A DNA stretch of 64,000 bases from Candidatus Aenigmatarchaeota archaeon. Its GTDB lineage: Archaea; Aenigmatarchaeota; Aenigmatarchaeia; JACPZZ01. Both the position numbers and the translations under genes were made by a program. Positions 61,870 to 64,000 of this stretch are shown here, piece after piece; position 1 is the stretch's first letter, and the number at the start of each line of letters is the position of its first letter. Below the pieces are notes generated by a model. That model had not been told where the DNA came from. It ran no database searches and saw only the letters and a program-made list of their open reading frames with translations. Where the stretch lies: contig JAZDLW010000019.1 in the NCBI GenBank assembly GCA_043801595.1, forward strand, positions 32,949 to 96,948. Reading direction: 5' to 3'.

Positions 61870-62397
61870 ATGAAAGTTTGGAAAAAAGGAGTGCTTGTGG
61901 CATTTGTATTGGTTTTGCCATTGGCTGTAGCTGCGGAGGCGCAAAGGACCTCTGAAAACAGTATGGGAGAATATACGGAAAGGTACATGAACAATGTGCC
62001 TTCTGAAAATATGAACCGTATGATGTCCGGCGGAAACCGAACATACGACCATGATGTAGACGACGACAATGAAACGGACGACGAGGACCAGAAACCACGC
62101 ATGTCGTTCCACGGCATGGGAAACGGGATTAACGGGCTTGTTAACGGGTTGGGACACGTCAACATGACATCCGAGAAGATGGGAAAGATGATAGCCAACA
62201 GGCTCGGGTTCAAAAACGCAACCGTTACGACGAAAACCGTGGACAACGCAACATTTTACGTTGTTTCGGGAATTGACATTCGCAAAGCGAATGATCGGTT
62301 CCTCAATAAAACCTTTGAAGCGTGGTTTGACGTTTCGACCGGAAAGCTGATCTCGTTTGACATTAACATGCATGCGACACTCATCGAGGATCAGTAA
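61870..62397 (+). CDS. Secreted hypothetical protein with an acidic patch
   Basis: A signal peptide (MKVWKKGVLVAFVLVLPLAVAAEA) is present after the internal Met. The acidic run is DHDVDDDNETDDEDQ. Confidence 0.4.
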   Translation: MKVWKKGVLVAFVLVLPLAVAAEAQRTSENSMGEYTERYMNNVPSENMNRMMSGGNRTYDHDVDDDNETDDEDQKPRMSFHGMGNGINGLVNGLGHVNMTSEKMGKMIANRLGFKNATVTTKTVDNATFYVVSGIDIRKANDRFLNKTFEAWFDVSTGKLISFDINMHATLIEDQ

Positions 62398-62448
62398 TGA
62401 TCTGCGGAACATACAGCAGATGCTAAGGTGGCTGCCAACTAAAAGGCC

Positions 62449-62496
62449 GCATGGGAAATCAATAATTTCCTATGCACGAGTTGTTATACAACTCGT
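62449..62496 (+). repeat. Two adjacent hairpins (the first is a class 1 repeat)
   Basis: 62449-62475 is GCATGGGAAAT|CAATA|ATTTCCTATGC, with the same GGAAAT/ATTTCCTATG arms as 5606-5631 and 10799-10824. 62476-62496 is ACGAGTTG|TTATA|CAACTCGT. Confidence 0.75.
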
Positions 62497-62543
62497 TGCC
62501 TAGCGAAAAAGGAGGTATGAAACAACAAACGGTCTGATGACCG

Positions 62544-62601
62544 CCAGGCGGGCAGGGTAGCGTAGTCCAAGCCTGAGATAGCGAGATAAATGCCCGCCTG
62601 G
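62544..62601 (+). promoter_or_regulatory. Long-range 11-bp stem enclosing a 36-nt loop in the 5' region of the 62647 gene (candidate structured leader or small RNA)
   Basis: CCAGGCGGGCA at 62544-62554 is perfectly complementary to TGCCCGCCTGG at 62591-62601. Confidence 0.35.
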
Positions 62602-62646
62602 GTAATATTATTAGTATCAACGGTCTAAACGAAAAAGAGGGACAAG

Positions 62647-63567
62647 ATGAAAAAACAAGTGATTTTATTCGCGCAGATAATCGCACTTGTGATTATTCCG
62701 TGCGCTGCGTACGGTCAGCTGGGATCGCAATCGTTTCCCGCGGTTAATTTCAGCGATAACACTGTCACAGCTGCAGAGATTTCCGTAATGGAAACAGAGA
62801 TGTCGCAACCCGGTCTTCTTCCGGATAATCCAATGTACATATTCAAAAGGTTCGGTGAGGCTGTGCAAATGACATTGACGTTCGATCCCAAGAAAAAAGC
62901 CGAGTTACATCTCGAGTTTGCCAAGAATCGTCTTGCCGAAGCAAAAAAAATGATAGATAACAACAAGACAACAGAGGCAAAAAATGCTGTCGAGGATTAC
63001 AGCAAAGAGATTGACGATTTTGAGAACGTTTCCAGCGGTATAGGAAGGAACGTTTCCTCTTTCATAAAGGCGAACGACAATCTGCTTGTCAAGAGCACGT
63101 TCGTGCTTGGTATGGTTTACGACAAAGTTCCGGATGAAGCGAAACCGGCAATAGAAAACGCGCTGAACAATTCCATTGAGCATATTGTAAGGGCGACGGA
63201 AAGGGTTGAAAACAAAACAGATAAAAATTACACAGAAGCTATTGAAGCAGTGATTGAAAGGGAATATACCAGGAGCATGCAGTTCAGGCACAGCGAAAAC
63301 CTGGCAACCGTAAACGCGACAATTGTTGGCGAGCATCGTGACAACGAAGCCGGCGATAAAAAGCACTGGGACATAACAAGCGTGAAAGGAGGCGGCGTGC
63401 ATGACAGCACAGCGTCCGTTTCAATAAACAAAGCGAATACGGTTGTTGAAAACGGGACAACAGGCAAAACTGTTGTTAATGCTTTGGTTCGTGTCGATAA
63501 CAGCGAAAAAACCCAAACTGCTGTGCGTGTGACAACGGCAAGTTCAAGCAGCGGGAAAGTCGTTTAA
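62647..63567 (+). CDS. Secreted protein, DUF5667-like
   Basis: It has a signal peptide (VILFAQIIALVIIPCAAYG). PGLLPDNPMYIFKRFGEAVQMTLTFDPKKKAELHLEFAKNRLAEAKKM matches my recollection of the DUF5667 N-terminal pattern (P.....Y..KR..E.......D...KA.L.L.FA..RL.E). Confidence 0.45.
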   Translation: MKKQVILFAQIIALVIIPCAAYGQLGSQSFPAVNFSDNTVTAAEISVMETEMSQPGLLPDNPMYIFKRFGEAVQMTLTFDPKKKAELHLEFAKNRLAEAKKMIDNNKTTEAKNAVEDYSKEIDDFENVSSGIGRNVSSFIKANDNLLVKSTFVLGMVYDKVPDEAKPAIENALNNSIEHIVRATERVENKTDKNYTEAIEAVIEREYTRSMQFRHSENLATVNATIVGEHRDNEAGDKKHWDITSVKGGGVHDSTASVSINKANTVVENGTTGKTVVNALVRVDNSEKTQTAVRVTTASSSSGKVV

Positions 63568-63572
63568 TACTG

Positions 63573-64000
63573 TCACAGTTTTAATTCCTGATATTTGATC
63601 CCAAGCGCGTCGGCTACTTTTTTGTTTGTCAGCTTTCCGTCGTACGTGTTTATTCCTTTCCTTATAGATTCGTCGGCCTTCGTAGCTTTGTCAATGCCCT
63701 GCGTTGCTATTTTCAAAAGATACGGGAATGTCGCGTTTGTCAGTGCGAGCGTTGATGTGTTCGGAACAGCTCCGGGCATGTTGGTAACGCAGTAATGCGT
63801 TACGCCTTCCTCCACATAAACAGGATTATCGTGGCTCGTTGGCTTCGACGTCTCGAAACAGCCACCCTGGTCTATCGCGACATCGACGATTACGGAACCA
63901 CGCCTCATTTTTTTGACCGTGTCCCTTGTCACAAGTTTCGGAGTTTTTGCGCCTGTGATATAAACGGCGCCGATCGCCAAATCGGATTCTGCGATTGAAC
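63573..64000 (-). CDS. ald: Alanine dehydrogenase, C-terminal part (gene continues beyond the window)
   Basis: GAKTPKLVTRDTVKKMRRGSVIVDVAIDQGGCFETS.PTSHD.PVY...GV.HYCV.NMPGAVP.TST.ALTNAT.PY is the AlaDH/PNT C-terminal signature. The frame stays open to position 64000. Confidence 0.85.
   Translation of the reverse strand, partial: SIAESDLAIGAVYITGAKTPKLVTRDTVKKMRRGSVIVDVAIDQGGCFETSKPTSHDNPVYVEEGVTHYCVTNMPGAVPNTSTLALTNATFPYLLKIATQGIDKATKADESIRKGINTYDGKLTNKKVADALGIKYQELKL

Noticed and set aside
62517-62537. Six-codon mini-ORF (MKQQTV) after GGAGGT, considered as a leader peptide for attenuation
   Set aside because: The Shine-Dalgarno-like GGAGGT abuts the ATG with essentially no spacer, which is too short to function. 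No obvious alternative terminator/antiterminator pairing was found.

Overview
This is a gene-dense archaeal chromosome segment. The archaeal call rests on r-proteins eL42/L44e, eS27, eS28, eL24 and L7Ae, plus Nop10, Cbf5, aIF2-alpha, RpoK, RpoD(Rpo3), Bud32, archaeal-type AdkA, a DUF106/YidC-like insertase, a PAC2 chaperone and deoxyhypusine synthase. r-protein operon synteny is fragmented, several enzymes are short or divergent, and surface proteins are abundant. Together these suggest a small-genome uncultivated lineage; that is inference and I cannot place the taxon from sequence alone.

Content in order:
- gap-pgk and pyrD/pyrC/pyrB.
- L44e-S27e-aIF2a-Nop10-PAC2-RpoK-enolase-(orphan)-S2-GluRS.
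- L7Ae-S28e-L24e-Bud32.
- S5-L30-L15-SecY-Adk-DUF106-Cbf5.
- An accessory stretch (23.3-27.6 kb) ending at an interrupted tRNA.
- 2-oxoacid:ferredoxin oxidoreductase and redox genes (nuclease, glutaredoxin, Bcp, ferredoxin).
- A MacB-type ABC operon with an embedded S-layer-like protein.
- IscS-IscU, then S13-S4-S11-RpoD.
- Two cell-surface islands (44.4-51.6 kb and 55.9-63.6 kb).
- Deoxyhypusine synthase, parvulin, an MFS transporter, tRNA-Pro with an intron, and a partial alanine dehydrogenase.

Four genes shorter than the 60-aa ORF-track cutoff were recovered by hand: Nop10, RpoK, L24e and a CxxC zinc ribbon.

Most noteworthy observations:
1. A ~2.1 kb insertion with no integrase is bracketed by three direct copies of a tRNA 3' end. 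It carries a RelE toxin-antitoxin pair and a 237-aa protein that fuses a bacterial sigma-70 region-4 HTH to an RNAP alpha-CTD-like domain.
2. The target tRNA is class II, probably Ser, and appears split by two intervening sequences.
3. A modular family of short hairpin repeats (GGAAA-type stems, and AAGCTT/AAACTT-type stems joined by [T/A]TT[G/A]ATCAAA linkers) sits at gene boundaries throughout the window. It often contains the upstream TAA stop codon. One array is read through as the C-terminal tail of ribosomal protein S5.
4. An array of helically phased TGCTCGG/GCGCTCAG motifs lies between two small wHTH genes, upstream of a 1891-aa sequon-saturated surface protein.

All functional calls come from motif recognition by eye. 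No database search or computation was run.
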